Shown: positions 29,029 through 42,577 of the stretch, one piece after another | How positions within the stretch are numbered: position 1 is the stretch's first letter | Layout: each line of letters begins with the position of its first letter | Assembly: GCA_905331295.1 (NCBI GenBank) | Contig: CAJNYD010000035.1 | Location: 248,001-312,000, forward strand | Direction of reading: 5' to 3' | DNA: 64,000 nucleotides | From: Rotaria socialis | Lineage: Eukaryota | Program-made: the position numbers and the translations under genes | The notes under the pieces: model-generated | What the model was told of the DNA's origin: nothing | The model's input: the letters and a program-made list of their open reading frames with translations, nothing else | Databases searched by the model: none

Positions 29029-32000
29029 TTATTCGGGTTCATTATTATTGCGTGTTTCTGGATAGATAAATTCTTGCGTGCTTAAATTGTATGCTTCATT
29101 ATTAAGGAATCTAAATAAAAAATAAACAAACCTCGTTGCATGCATACATGGATCTGTCAACTAAAGTTATCTCGTACGCTTCATCTTGATCGACTACTGG
29201 CATATTAGCCGATTGTCGTGAAAGACGAGATTTAATTCGATCTTCTTTCAGCCTGGGCATAATACTACAACTAGGAGACCATGCAACATAATTATTACTT
29301 TTGTAAAAATCGAGAAATGTTCTAGCTAAATTTCGGCCAAGCTGTTGATCTATAAATAAAAATAGAAAAATAGAAATTTTTTTTTATATCGTATTTACAC
29401 TTTGATTCTATTTCCTCTTCTTCTTCTTATATTAAGTGTCTTTTAGTTCTTTTTTACTCATGAGAAAACATCATTTTAAAAGAAAATTCAATTTAAGATA
29501 TAAACCTTCTCAAAATCTATCAGTTTGTTTTTATTTTGTGTTTATAAAAACAAAAATAATGACCTATATAAGTTATCTAAATAAATTTTGATTCCCCCAG
29601 GCAATATTTTTATTTCTCACATATTTTTATACTGTTCAAAGCTAAGACTCACGCTACATAAATATTTAAATCTATTCTCATAGAGAATTTCAATTTTTCA
29701 TGCATTATTATTATTATTATCACAAGACAAACAACTAAAACTAAACTCAAAACGTCTTCTTAACTATCAGACATAAAAAAATTGCCATGCTTTAATTATT
29801 TCTTTAATTCAAATAACATCATGCTTCGTTGCTAGTCTGTTATTTTTCCATAATGTTATAGATGAAAAGTAAAACTGTTCGATTTCAATTTTTCTTTTGC
29901 GATAAAAACATGTAAAAACAACAATAATCACTGCCGAATTAAATAAAAACTAAAATCACTCTTATGGTAACTAGATAAATTGCTGTGGTTTCTTTGATTT
30001 ACTTTTTGCAGTTCTCTTCGTCTTTACTCAATTACCTTCGTAATATTGAGAAATAGAGCAAATCATTTTTCTGCTCATCAAACGATGTTGAATATTTTCT
30101 CTGAGAAAATCTTTCGATACGTTATTTAAAAAAAAATCATAGAACCAGCTCAAGAGTATATCTGTAAACATTAATATATAATTTATCATTTTGTTTTTCT
30201 TTTCAAACAATAGCGTTAGTTAATCTTTTTTTGTTCAGTATTATTTTATTATTTCACTTTAATTACTGCAACATGAAGACCATCAGTAAAAATAATTCGA
30301 ATTTTATTTTTAACAATTCCGACATTGCTTATATTCGTACGAATCACGTGTATAAAACTATCGCTTTCATTTAGAATATATCGAGCTAACTATTTCAAAA
30401 GCTAGTTATGAATAACAACGTTCAACAATATGGCAATCGATAGGAAAAGAAGATTGCTTATGATGTAATACTTCTAATTTTAAATTAATGAGCTTTCTTA
30501 AAAGAAAACAAATCAACCTTTTGTGTTATTAAAAATAAATGAAAAGAAAATACTTTTACAAACAAAACGTATCAAATAGATTTTGATTACTTACATAACT
30601 CTTCTGTGTAAGGTATGGCTTGAGTAGTCGTTGGTGTTTGATACGAAAAAAAGGAAACTTCTAATGTATAACAATGTGTACTATCTTGTAAACAGCCACC
30701 AAGTGTCCTTTAATAATAAAACAAGTGAAGTATTCATATAAATTACAATCGATTTACCGTCTTCCTGTTCCGGCTTTTAGTGCATCACGATTGAATGTTG
30801 TATTATTAATAGAAAAATCTTCGGCATTACGAGATAATAGACGAGGGAAAATACTATGCTTTTCAAAACGGTTAGCATCTTCATAAACATTTCCATACAT
30901 AAAACCATTCATCATGGTTGAATGCGCATGAATATCAATAAAAAAATCAAGCTCAAAATCCTAAATAGGAAGAAAAATTTTCTTAGCATTTTTCTTTTAC
31001 AACAAAAGAATAAAAATAATATAAGAATATTAACGAACCGCATCCTCATTTAATTTCATAATATGTGTTTTTATTCCATAGATTTCTGGATGTGCCCAAA
31101 TCGATGGATCATTCCAAACACGATTTAAATCAAAACCCAATAATGAACATCTAATTGGCAAGTTATTAAGTATTAAATTTCAATAAATAAATAATGAAAA
31201 GATGAAAGAAAGCAAACCTTTGATTACCAAGAAATACTCCATCAGGATTAAGCATAGGAACAATATAAAAGACAATATTATCACGAAGTAGTTGCGCTAT
31301 GGGATTATCACTTATTATAAATTCAATAAAACCTTGACAGACATATGATGATGGCGTTTCACCGGGATGTACTCGTGCTGTAACTATAACAACTTTTTTT
31401 CGTCGACCTTTCGCCAATAACGCCGGATTAGCAACAGTTAAAAGATCAAGTCGACGCTTTTGCTATAAGAAAAATTTAAGAAAAAAGAAAGTGTTAATTT
31501 TATCTTTTTGTTGAATCTATGCTTTCTCTTGAAATTTTTTTTTCAAGCAAAAATAAAATAGTCAATGAACAATCTAAGCTAAAGATTCTTAGCTTTGTCT
31601 TTCTATTGATTACTAACATTTATGATCGAAGCGAATCGATCGAAATTTTTTTGAAGTAATCAATTTCAAAAATGTTTTACGCTGCTAGAAACTAGAACGT
31701 TTATTACACAATAGCCCACTGATAAATAAAATATTTGAATAGAGAAACAGCTTAACCGATGCATTTTTTTTCGACTAATACAAATCAATCGTTTGATTCT
31801 GCAATGCTCGAAACCAAGATCTAACAATTTCATTCAGAGTCGTCAGTAGCAGTAACAGAAATAAAAAGAAACACAATAGATTCATTTCAATATCATCGGT
31901 GATTTGTGTACTCCTAGCATTTTACCTCGTCCTATAATTGAGTCTCAGACGAGGCTGTACAAATCAGTGTTCTTGAAAAGAAAACTTACTACACTATAAA

Positions 32001-33041
32001 CCAATGGTCGTCGTTGCACATAATCTAAGCGACGTTGTTCAATATTATCAAGATAATTTTGAAGTTTTGTATAAGTATATGGAAAGGAATATGCAAATTG
32101 ATAGACATCATCTTCACGATCAAAACAAAATGTGAATGACATAACATAATTTTTTCTATGATCAGGAGAACGATAATAGAATACATTTCTTGTTGGTAAA
32201 CGTTGCCTTTGAATATGCAATGAAAATTTATTTTGTAATTTTGCAAATATGCTATTTACCATCGTTTACGACTAGTCGATTTTACTAATGGTGTCATGCC
32301 ATCACGATATAAAGATTTGGCTTTGGAAAAATTAACAATATGAAAGATAACTCTCTAATAAAATGAAAATATAGGTAGAGAAAAATTCATGTTCGAACTA
32401 GAGAGAAAAAGTCGGTTCGGTTGATTTGCAAGTATTTTACAGAATTGAAAAAACTGCCTATTTAAAAAAGACATCCTTGACAAATTTTCATTGTCATCAA
32501 GCCATAAACAATGATTTTTGTTTGAATAAAACTCGAGTCTTATTGATGCTTTCTTTATTTTATCAATACTAACTTGATCAGCTTTGACATTTTCGACAGT
32601 AAATAAAAACCAACATCGAAAACGAGGACAACATGTATCAGGTCGAATGAACAAATCATATTCAAAATCATTTACATAATCAATACGACCCAAATTACCT
32701 ATCAATAATATTTATCAGCTATGATGTACAACAGAGTAAAAGCATTCATAAGAACATACCACATTCAAACGAAGCATCGAAAATCAAATGACCTTTTTTT
32801 GGTTTTCCTTCATAATTCGGCGGAACAATTGCTACACGTTGTACATTTCCAATTAAATGCTCATTATTAACATCGGATTCGCTATCTATTTAAAAAACCT
32901 TTTACTGAAATACAACAGAAAAAGAATTCAAAACACAAAACCTGAATTATTGGCATTATTATTATTATTATTAGTCGTATTAGTATTACTAGATTTTTTC
33001 GATGGTGATAGAGTTGGTTCATCATTATTTTCCGACGACAT
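29029..33041 (-). CDS. AGBL4: Cytosolic carboxypeptidase 6 (tubulin deglutamylase, M14 family)
   Basis: Spliced exons give PKKGHLIFDASFECGNLGR, YDLFIRPDTCCPRFR, FAYSFPYTYT, ARVHPGETPSS, PMLNPDGVFLGNQR, DLNR, DIHAHS, CYTLEVSF and LGRNLARTFLDFY. Zinc ligands and the catalytic Glu are present. The last intron boundary (~29111-29177) is tentative. Confidence 0.92.
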
Positions 33042-33179
33042 AATGTTGCTGTTCAAACTTTGATTCTGAAAAGTCTCAAATCAATATATTTTCAGATATT
33101 ATGTCACATGATTTTGTTTTTCAAGTTTTAATTCTAATCCGATCAGATTCAAAGCCATTAATCGATTTCCATTGATGAT

Positions 33180-33192
33180 GTTGCTAAGCAAT
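33180..33192. promoter_or_regulatory. Candidate RFX X-box in the AGBL4/NPEPPS divergent promoter
   Basis: GTTGCTAAGCAAT, one mismatch from GTTGCTAAGCAAC, about 140 bp upstream of the AGBL4 ATG. Confidence 0.45.
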
Positions 33193-33819
33193 TCGACTTT
33201 TTAATTAAGAAAAAAGAAAAGAAACTTAAAAAATTATATTTATTAAAATCAAAGTAATCTAATAAAACGAAAATTCTTTTCTCTGTGTCTGATCATACGT
33301 CCAGCTTCTTGCACCATCTATTGCGATTAAAATAAAACAAATATAAAAAAAAAATTAACTTTTGTCGCTTTTTTTAAATGATAGGTAGAAAATAGTATGT
33401 TTTTTTTCATTATCATCACAGATTATTTTATCTTTAAAAATATATAAAATAAACAAGCTTCTTTTCATTGTTTCTTATTCCTCCATACAAAAACTAATTC
33501 TTTTTCTATTAGAAAAAAAGAGACTGTTCGTGTATTCAAACACGATTTCAATTGTTTTTTGTGGTAGTGAATGAATACATTTATCAAACGCACTCAAATA
33601 CTATATCGTGTTATAAATATAAAATTCGTCGAATCATCATTTATTCCATCCATTTATTCTTCTTATTTTCTTCTTAACAACAAAACAAAACGTTTTCAAA
33701 GTACTACAACCAAGTAGGTTTTTGTTTTCAAGGATTTCGTTTGCGGAAGAATAATACAATTTTTTCAATTCACGATTTTCTTTTTCTTTTATTAAATCGC
33801 TTTCAATTCCAGATTAAAC

Positions 33820-36129
33820 ATGAGTGCCAACAATACTCAGGAAACTAAACCATTATTTCAACGTTTATCGCAAACAATCGTACCGACACATTATGATTTA
33901 ACAATCCGACCCTGTCTTGATAAATTTAAATTTAGTGGCGATGTCAATATACATTTAAAAGTTCCTAAAAAAAAATTTATTTGTATTTTGTATTGTCTTA
34001 AGTAAATTTATTTCTAATACTAGGTTAAAGAACCGACAAGTAGTATTGTACTGTATGCTGCTGATTTAGAAGTTGATAATGCTAAAGTTAAATCACCTTC
34101 CAACGGTACTAGTTTTTTTTTATTCAATTAATTTGTTGTTATTGTTTTTCTATAGATGAATTGCACGGTAAAATTGAACTCGATCAAGAAGGTGAACGTA
34201 TTACTGTCAATTTCGATCACAAACTTGAGGTAGTTCATGTATGTTTAATAGAAATATTTTAATATTGTTTATAGAAAGGTGAATATGAATTAGCATTGAA
34301 TTTTTCTGGTGAAATAAATAATCGTATGCGTGGTTTCTATCGAAATAAATATACCACACCCGATGGTAGTGAAGTTCGCTTTGGAGCGAGCACACAATTT
34401 GAAGTAAAACCAAATGATAATTTTTCTTCTTTATTTAATGAACTCTTATTCAGCCTGCAGATTGTCGACGAGCGTTTCCATGTTGGGATGAGCCAAATTT
34501 TAAAGCTACATTTGATATAACATTAATTACACAGAAAAATCTTTGTGCCATTTCAAATATGGTTGGTATCGAATAAAAGTCACATTTATTTTGTCGATTG
34601 AACTCTGTTTTTATTCATTTCTTAGCCGATAAAATCAGAAAATGAATTGACCGATGATAAAGAATGGAAAGTAACAAAATTCGATCGTACACCAATAATG
34701 AGCACATATCTTGTTGCTTATGTTGTTGGCGAGTATGATTATGTTGAAACAAAAGATTCGAATGGTGTTAGTATGAAAGTTTATACACTCGTTGGAAAGA
34801 AAGAACATGGACAATTTGCATTAGATGTAAGAGTTTTAAAAAATCTAACTAATCGATAACATTTTTCTAAACTGTACTAGACTGCTGCGAAAATTCTTCC
34901 ATTTTATGCTGATTATTTTAATATCAAATATCCAATTGCAAAAGCTGATCAAATTGCCATTTCAGATTTTGCCATGGGGTAAGATATAAATAAAATACAA
35001 GAAAAGAAAGCTCGCAAGTTCTAATTGATTTCTACTTTTACTTTCTAGTGCTATGGAAAATTGGGGTGTAAGTTCATAATATTATTCTGTAATTATGATG
35101 TTATTTCGATTTTACTATTTAGTTGATAACCTATCGTGAAACAGCACTTTTAATTGATCCAAAATTTTCATCAATGGATACACGACAACGTGTAGCTATT
35201 GTGGTTGCTCATGAACTTGCACATCAGTGGTTTGGTAATTTAGTAGTATGTATCCTATTGTTCATGCCATATCGTTTTTTTTTATACAACTCTAATTGTT
35301 TTTTTCATATATATATATATATATAGACCATGGATTGGTGGACAGATTTATGTGAGTTTGAAAAACAAATGACCTTTTTCTTTTATCAGTATTTTTTATA
35401 ATTTACAGGGCTCAATGAAGGATTTGCTACATGGATTGAATATTTGGCTGTTGATAAATGTTTTCCAGAATTCGATATTTGGACACAATTTGTTGCCGAT
35501 ACTTTTGCACGATTTCTTGTACCAGATGCTTTAAAATCATCACATCCAATCGAAGTACCTATTGGTAAATGCTTTGTTTTTGGAGTTTTCGTATTGATTA
35601 TCTTTTTATTCCCATATTAAGGTCATCCTGCTGAAATTGATGAAATTTTTGATGCTATCTCATACTCAAAAGGTTCATCAGTTATCCGTATGTTACATGA
35701 TTATATTGGCGATGATGCTTTCCGTAAAGGCCTTCATAATTATTTAACGGAATACAGTTATAAAAATACTGTTACTGAAAATCTTTGGTCTCACTTGGCT
35801 AAAGCATCAAACAAACCAGTCAATGAAGTTATGTCATCATGGACACTTCAAATGGTATGTTAAATAATTGTTTGAAATCAAAATCGAAATGTTTTTGTCT
35901 ATCTAATTCGGATCAATGATTAAGAAGCATCATAGTATTGTTTGAAATGGCCTTTTCAGGATGTATTTTTTCATTAGAATACAATCTGCATGAAAACATA
36001 AAGTCATAATAATATATTATCCTATCGTGCATGTAGTTTTATTACTTAACCTATTTCTATGGGCAAATACACCTCTGTTAGCGTATCGAATTTTACCGTA
36101 TACACAACTGCATAGTTTTACACTCTTTA

Positions 36130-36171
<42 letters not shown>

Positions 36172-38273
36172 GGAGATGCTAAATGATATTTATTGAAGTG
36201 CTTCTTTTATAATTTCTTGTTCGTCGGTATAAATCGTTTTGTAAAAGCCTATAAAGCATATTACATAAGAGTTATGGTCGTTGATATATCAAGTACTTCG
36301 TATGTCAATATGACTGAACACGCAGAATTACGGGGAGAAACTATCCAATGAATGGCTTCTATTTCTCTCTTATGGATTGTTTGATTAATATGAACATTTT
36401 TTTTAAATAACAGAATCAATTTATAATCTGAAGAGCATATTTTTAAACTAATCATTCAATCTTTGCGAAACTTGCAGCATAGTCTTTTTGATATCTATTA
36501 AAGAAGCATCATTTACCGTTGAAATTGTTTGAATACTATTATGAAAAGATTTTTTTATTTTTCAATGAATACATAATTATATTATTGACAATTTTTCATA
36601 GGGCTATCCACTTTTAACTGTAACAGAAGAACAAATTAATAAAACTCGTGTCATTAAAATAAAACAACAACGTTTTATTGCTGATGGTAGTGCTGATGAT
36701 GAAAATCTTCAATGGAAAATTCCCGTTACTGTTTTCACAAAATCAAATCCGAAACAAATTGCTCAACAAATATTGCTGGAAAAACCTGAAACAACAATTA
36801 CATTAGATAACATTCTTGAAGATGATTGGATTAAATTCAATTATAATTCCATTGGTCTTTATCGTGTTAAATATGAATTTGACACATTGGCACGCCTCAA
36901 TGAAGCAATATCTAGCAAAACAATAAGTCCACAAGATCGTCTTATGATTCAAAATGATGTTGCTGCTTTATGCAATGCTGGACATCAATCGTTTGTTGAT
37001 TATCTTAAATTATTACCATCATATACAGATGAAGATAATTTCACTGTATGGAAATCGATTGGTAAGAGAAAGAAAAAAACTGACTCGTCTCTTGTTCGTG
37101 TTCGTTGAGAAAGTGATTCATTGTTTTCATATAATGACATGTTACTGTATTGATGTTTTTGATTTATCAAAGAAAAAACGTGCTCGACCTTTTGATTTTG
37201 ATAATTTCAAGAGATCGAACATGTCAGAAAAATGAGGAACATCATCTGTAATGTTTTCATACCTACAATAGGAGCCTTTGCTTTGCACCAATGTCGTTCT
37301 TTCTTTTTAATCATGAACTTTCATTTTAGCATCAAATATTGGTGATTTAACATCATTACTTGAATATACAAATTATTTTGGAGAATTTAAAAAGTATCGT
37401 TTAAATTTATTTTCATCAATACAAAAGAAACTTGGTTGGGACGCTGATCAAAATGAAAATCCACTTTCAGCTATGTTACGCCCAATGATATTAAGTATTG
37501 TTGGTAAATCTGGCGATCAAGATGTAATCGACGAAGCTAAAAAACGTTTTGAACGCCATATTGCTGGAGATTTAATTGATCCTAACATTCGTGGTGCTGT
37601 TTATGTTATTGTTGCACGTTATGGAGATGAAAGTACACAAGAAGCTCTTCGTAAAGTAATGAAAATAATCATCAAAAGGACAAGACTTTTTAATGCTTGT
37701 TTTATTTAATTAGCTATATTTTGCAGCTGATATGACTGAAGAAAAAGTTCGATTACTTCGTTCAATGGGCCAATCAATTAAACCAGAAATAATTGAAAAT
37801 ACATTGAAATTTGTATTCGAAGGCGTACGTTGCACAATCTCTAATGTTTCTAATTTGTATATTTTTTATGTTTTTAGGATAATGTTCGAATGCAAGATTC
37901 AATATCAGGCATTGTTGGTTGTACATCAAGTTGTGATGGTCGAGATTTAGTTTGGAAATTTTTACAAAAGAATTGGAAATCACTTGTTGAACGTTTTGGT
38001 GACAAGAGCAATTTCCTTATTGCTTTTGTTGAAGTAAATATTTCTATTTCTATTTTTATTTTATTTAATCTAATTGTACGTTTAATTTAGTATGGTTTGT
38101 CAGATTTTGCGGACGAAAAAACGGCAAGTGAAATAAAATCATTCTTTGAATCAATGAATACACCTCTTGTTGCACGTCCAGTCAAGAAAGCACTTGAAAC
38201 AATTCATATGCGTTCTGAAGTACTTAAACGTGATTCAAAAGCCATTGAAGAATATTTAAAAAAGCAACAGTAA
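33820..38273 (+). CDS. NPEPPS: Puromycin-sensitive aminopeptidase (M1 family)
   Basis: Multi-exon gene: [57 protein letters not shown] (micro-exon 35049-35067), [31 protein letters not shown], then an ERAP1-like C-terminal domain. Stop at 38271-38273. Confidence 0.96.
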
Positions 38274-40287
38274 TTATATTATATTCAATATCAACTAGTT
38301 AACCAAAGCGACATAGAAAAAAAGCAAGAACATCTTCGATTCAATTATTCTCCTTTTTTTCTCTTCACTTTTTTTCTATTGTGAACGCTTTCATTTACTC
38401 CTTATTCTTCTTTAAAGTTAATGTCATGTTCGGATAACAATAAAGCCTAGGGAAGGAATTCAATAGACGAGAAAAACAAAGATAACATGGCTTTTTGTCT
38501 TCTCATCAATATTCATCAATACTAAGAATATGCATTGATGAAATGAATTCTATTTACAAAAGAAAAAAACAATATTTTATGGATAATCTATAATTGCAAC
38601 TGAAAAGGAAACGAAACTAGTATTGGATAAAAGCATACTCACATGACTAAAGATTATTTCATAAAATTATCTTCAATTCTAGAGAAAATAATCATTTTCT
38701 TCTCTTTGTTCGCATAGCTAATCGTACTGATTTGTTAATAATCATCATGTTATGTATGCAGAAAAAAACATCTACCAGAACAGTAAAATACGAAATAATT
38801 GTTTCTATCACTGAAAAAAGAATAGTATATGATGAGCTAAATCATTACCAATTCCATGATATATGTTTATTTATTACACAACGAATTGCTTCTTATATTA
38901 TTCTGTAAAGATGAATAAAGGTGAACGCAGTTTTTTTTAACTCTGATAGGATTAAAATATTCAATGATAAACATTATTTTTAAATTTTGATGAGTTTAAG
39001 GTTTCTTCATTATTTTATTTACTCAATAAGTTTTCATATTATTTATTTTCAAAAATTCTCTTGATTTTTTATTTTAGTACCATCAACTAAATTGCTAAAT
39101 TGAATATCTAGGCCATGATTTACTGATTTCAGAGTAATTAATGCATCATCATAGACGAAAATATGATGGGAACAACATAAAACTTGTTACGAAGATAACT
39201 ATCCATTTGAGGTTTCGATGGAATTACATGATTCATCATGATATATCCCTCAAGTGTGATTCATACTATTGTGTTAGACAATTATTAAATATTAACTGAA
39301 AAAATTACGAAACTCAACTTCAAGAAAAGTTGATTAAATATTGTCTAATATGATACTCTTGTTTTTACACTGCATAGTAGTTCTCTCTCTAGTATTTAAT
39401 ATATTCTATCGATTAGGAAATAAATGCAGTGTACATGGAGTTTCATTATCATAATCATCAAATGATAAATACCATGCGCATGAGTATTTAAAATTCAAAA
39501 TGTAATCAACTGAGGATTTTTATGTAGTCTAGTAAATTCAAAAAATTATTCTGCATCAATGAGCCTAAAATGAAAATGAGTCTTCACATTGTTTGTTGGC
39601 ATTGATAAAGAACTGGACATAAATTTGTTATGAAGACAACTTGTTTTGACATCTGTGATCGAATCCAAGTAATTAGAAACTCGTGATATTTCTCGCTATA
39701 TGTATCTGTATCAGATAAGATCTTGAAAGTTAATTCATACCGCAATGTGTTCTTAGACATTGCTACCTTTCATAATGTTGCAATAAATCATGTTGACGTG
39801 ATTCTAGCCGGAAACTGAGTGAAATCAAGAGAAAAAGAATTCTTACAAAAACGTCTATAAATGCTTACATCAATCTTCATCTATTTCTCGTTTAGTAATC
39901 ACGGTGATTGGATGTAGAAAATAACAACGTCTTTTATATTTTTTACATATACTTATAATTCTATTCGAATCGAATGACATTGTGTAGTTTGCAGTAGAGA
40001 TTAAGGTAAAAATAAAATAAAAAGGGCACTTATGAAAGTAAACGAGTACGAAGAAAGATTCATTAAGTCATTGCTGGAACTTGATCGTATAATGTGAAAT
40101 AGTTGCTGCGCAATTTTACTCATTAATTTATAATATTTTTTCAGTTCACATGCATATTTAAAGCATATTATTCGTGTTCAAATTACAAATTTAGAAGCAG
40201 AAATAAGAAACAGTACGTCATAATAATAGTAGAGCATATGAAATGCGTAATTCTAATAAAAAACCGTCGATGATTATTGATTACACT

Positions 40288-40870
40288 CAGTGTTTCTAAC
40301 AGCAGGTATACGCAGCAGGAGCAAAATGTCCGGAACACCTGCTGTTTTCGAAGTACACTCTGCTTACACGTTGCTCAGAAAACAAACATGTAAGGTTTAC
40401 ACTTTGAAAAAGAAGATAACACTTTGATTTTAGATCACGAAAACGCATTTCGCTAAATCTTTGTATGCTTGGACGGAATAAAATTACTGTCATCGTCATC
40501 ATCACTTGCTGTATCAACAGATTCACATTATGAGGTCGAAATTCTATGTAAAAATGTATTTATTAATTCATCAAAAACCGTACATGCTATGAATGAAAAG
40601 TATTCAACTAAATGTGATAATATTGAATAAAAAATAGCAACCCCTAGTAATGCTCTTGTTTGGTTGTTTATAATCTATGTGACTTTCTTTCTCTATGAAA
40701 CAGATAAAAAAATGAATTTTTCTTATTATATTTCTAGATTATCTGAACTCTTTTCGTTTATTTACACTTTGATGCACTTTGTTGATAAAATCAAAGGGTG
40801 AAGAGACACGTTTTTCACATAAGCAAAATGTACAAAAACATTTTATTTCAGATTTCTATTAGAAACACTG
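40288..40870. mobile_element. Non-autonomous hAT-type MITE (583 bp)
   Basis: Perfect 12-bp TIRs CAGTGTTTCTAA (40288-40299) and TTAGAAACACTG (40859-40870), with a perfect 8-bp direct repeat ATTACACT at 40280-40287 and 40871-40878. An 8-bp TSD with CAG termini is typical of hAT elements. Confidence 0.88.
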
Positions 40871-41312
40871 ATTACACTGAGTGTCTATATTAGTCAATAA
40901 GTAAATGCATGTTTCATTTATCCATGAAGTTGTTTTTTAATGAAATTATTTTTGACATTTACATTTATCTTTAAATATTAAGCACTACTACTACTAATGT
41001 TAACAACCCGAACTAGACGATTCGATTAAAATGACCTGTATACTCATAGAGAAGTAATTAGAATAAATAATGAATGGTGAAAACGTGATTGTGCATATAT
41101 GCATACTAGTGTAGTTTTCACGACTAGTTGAGTGCGACATCTAGGAGCACATGGTGAAAAATTCATCAATTCAAATATCCAATCCAAATGCATTCGTTTC
41201 CATATCTTGCAAGAAGTTTTTGTTTTCCTCTATTTCTAATGTTTAGTTATGTTCAATGTGCTATTTTTAACTAAAATTTCTTTCGAATAGTGAATAGTAT
41301 TTAAGTAAAGAC

Positions 41313-42524
41313 ATGGCGGAAAATCTGACTTTTTTCATTCCATATCATACTGGATATGCTCATGCAGAATTAGTTCATTCATTTGCATCCTACACGGATG
41401 TTCACCTTTTTATCTATAAATGGAATCCAGCATATGAACGCGTTAAACAATATTTCTCGCATGTTAAACAAATTCATATTCATGACTTTAGTATTGATAA
41501 TATTATATCTCAATTAATAGAAGAAAAACATCGAAAAGTTGTCGTTCTTTTAACAGCATCAACAAATTATTTATTTGGACAATTACAATTACGTCTATTT
41601 CGTCTAATTCAACAATATAGTCCATCACTTATTGATGTTTATCCTGTTGGACATTGCATGTATGGATGTCAAAGTTGTGCTTATGCATATACACATTGTT
41701 TACCAATAACATTTACAAACTATATTCAAACTAAAGAGAAAAAATTATCTTTCGAAAAAGATTTTGAAATTCTTATTTGTCCAAGTTATTCGTTTACGAA
41801 TGCTCCATTTAGTCTTTTATCTAATTCTGATATCATTGAATATATGTTAAAATTAGATTATTCTCATGCCATTAAATTACATCCATTAGCATATGAATGT
41901 AAAGATAATGAAAAACATCCGTTTTTATCTTTAATTGATATAGAAAAAAAACATGTTGAAAAATTATTTCAATCTAAAAATGTTATACTAAATGAACAGA
42001 CATCAACATTAAAATTAATTGAACATGCTCGTGTTATTATATGTGATTCAAATTCATCCATACCATTTGAAACGCTTTATTTTCACGATAATAAATTTAT
42101 ATTTGTTTATGAAACAATAGAAGAAAGTGATGAACAAGATGATCGACAAGACTATTTTCATAAATTTCATACTGTTGAAGAATTGAAATGTTTGATTGAA
42201 AATTATTTCAATCATCAACTTGAATGTAAAACAGAAAATAGCCATGATTTCTTTTTAGAAAAATACGACGAACCTAATGGAAATGAAATTGAACAATTAG
42301 CTCAAATACGTCAATGGATAAAAACTGATGAAGAAAATGATGAAAAAGAATCTTTTGATTTAGATTCAATTAAAGCAGCCGTTTATGATGAATTCAAATC
42401 GATCTCCACACCTATGGCTTTATATACACTAGGTGATCATACGATGTCGGAAATAGCTCAAATTTATTTTAGCGATGAAAATAGTTTATTTGATGCTATG
42501 CAAGATAATGCTAACGAACTTTGA
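41313..42524 (+). CDS. Intronless 403-aa protein, putative GT-B fold CDP-glycerol glycerophosphotransferase (TagB/TagF)-like; horizontal transfer candidate
   Basis: Long open frame with no introns. Ordered motifs ILICPSY (cf. ILYAPTW/F), IKLHP, LIEHARVIICDSNSSIPFE (cf. LL..aDvLITDYSSv.Fe) and EKYDEPNG (cf. YdDG.as). The ORF is solid; the family call is by eye. Confidence 0.7.
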   Translation: MAENLTFFIPYHTGYAHAELVHSFASYTDVHLFIYKWNPAYERVKQYFSHVKQIHIHDFSIDNIISQLIEEKHRKVVVLLTASTNYLFGQLQLRLFRLIQQYSPSLIDVYPVGHCMYGCQSCAYAYTHCLPITFTNYIQTKEKKLSFEKDFEILICPSYSFTNAPFSLLSNSDIIEYMLKLDYSHAIKLHPLAYECKDNEKHPFLSLIDIEKKHVEKLFQSKNVILNEQTSTLKLIEHARVIICDSNSSIPFETLYFHDNKFIFVYETIEESDEQDDRQDYFHKFHTVEELKCLIENYFNHQLECKTENSHDFFLEKYDEPNGNEIEQLAQIRQWIKTDEENDEKESFDLDSIKAAVYDEFKSISTPMALYTLGDHTMSEIAQIYFSDENSLFDAMQDNANEL

Positions 42525-42577
42525 GATTGGTTCTTGTTTTTTTTTTGTTGTGGTTTCTTTTTAGATGGTTAATATAG

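Noticed and set aside
38700..39900. Possible degraded coding relic on the minus strand
   Set aside because: Some codon-like texture, but many stops and no recognisable motif.
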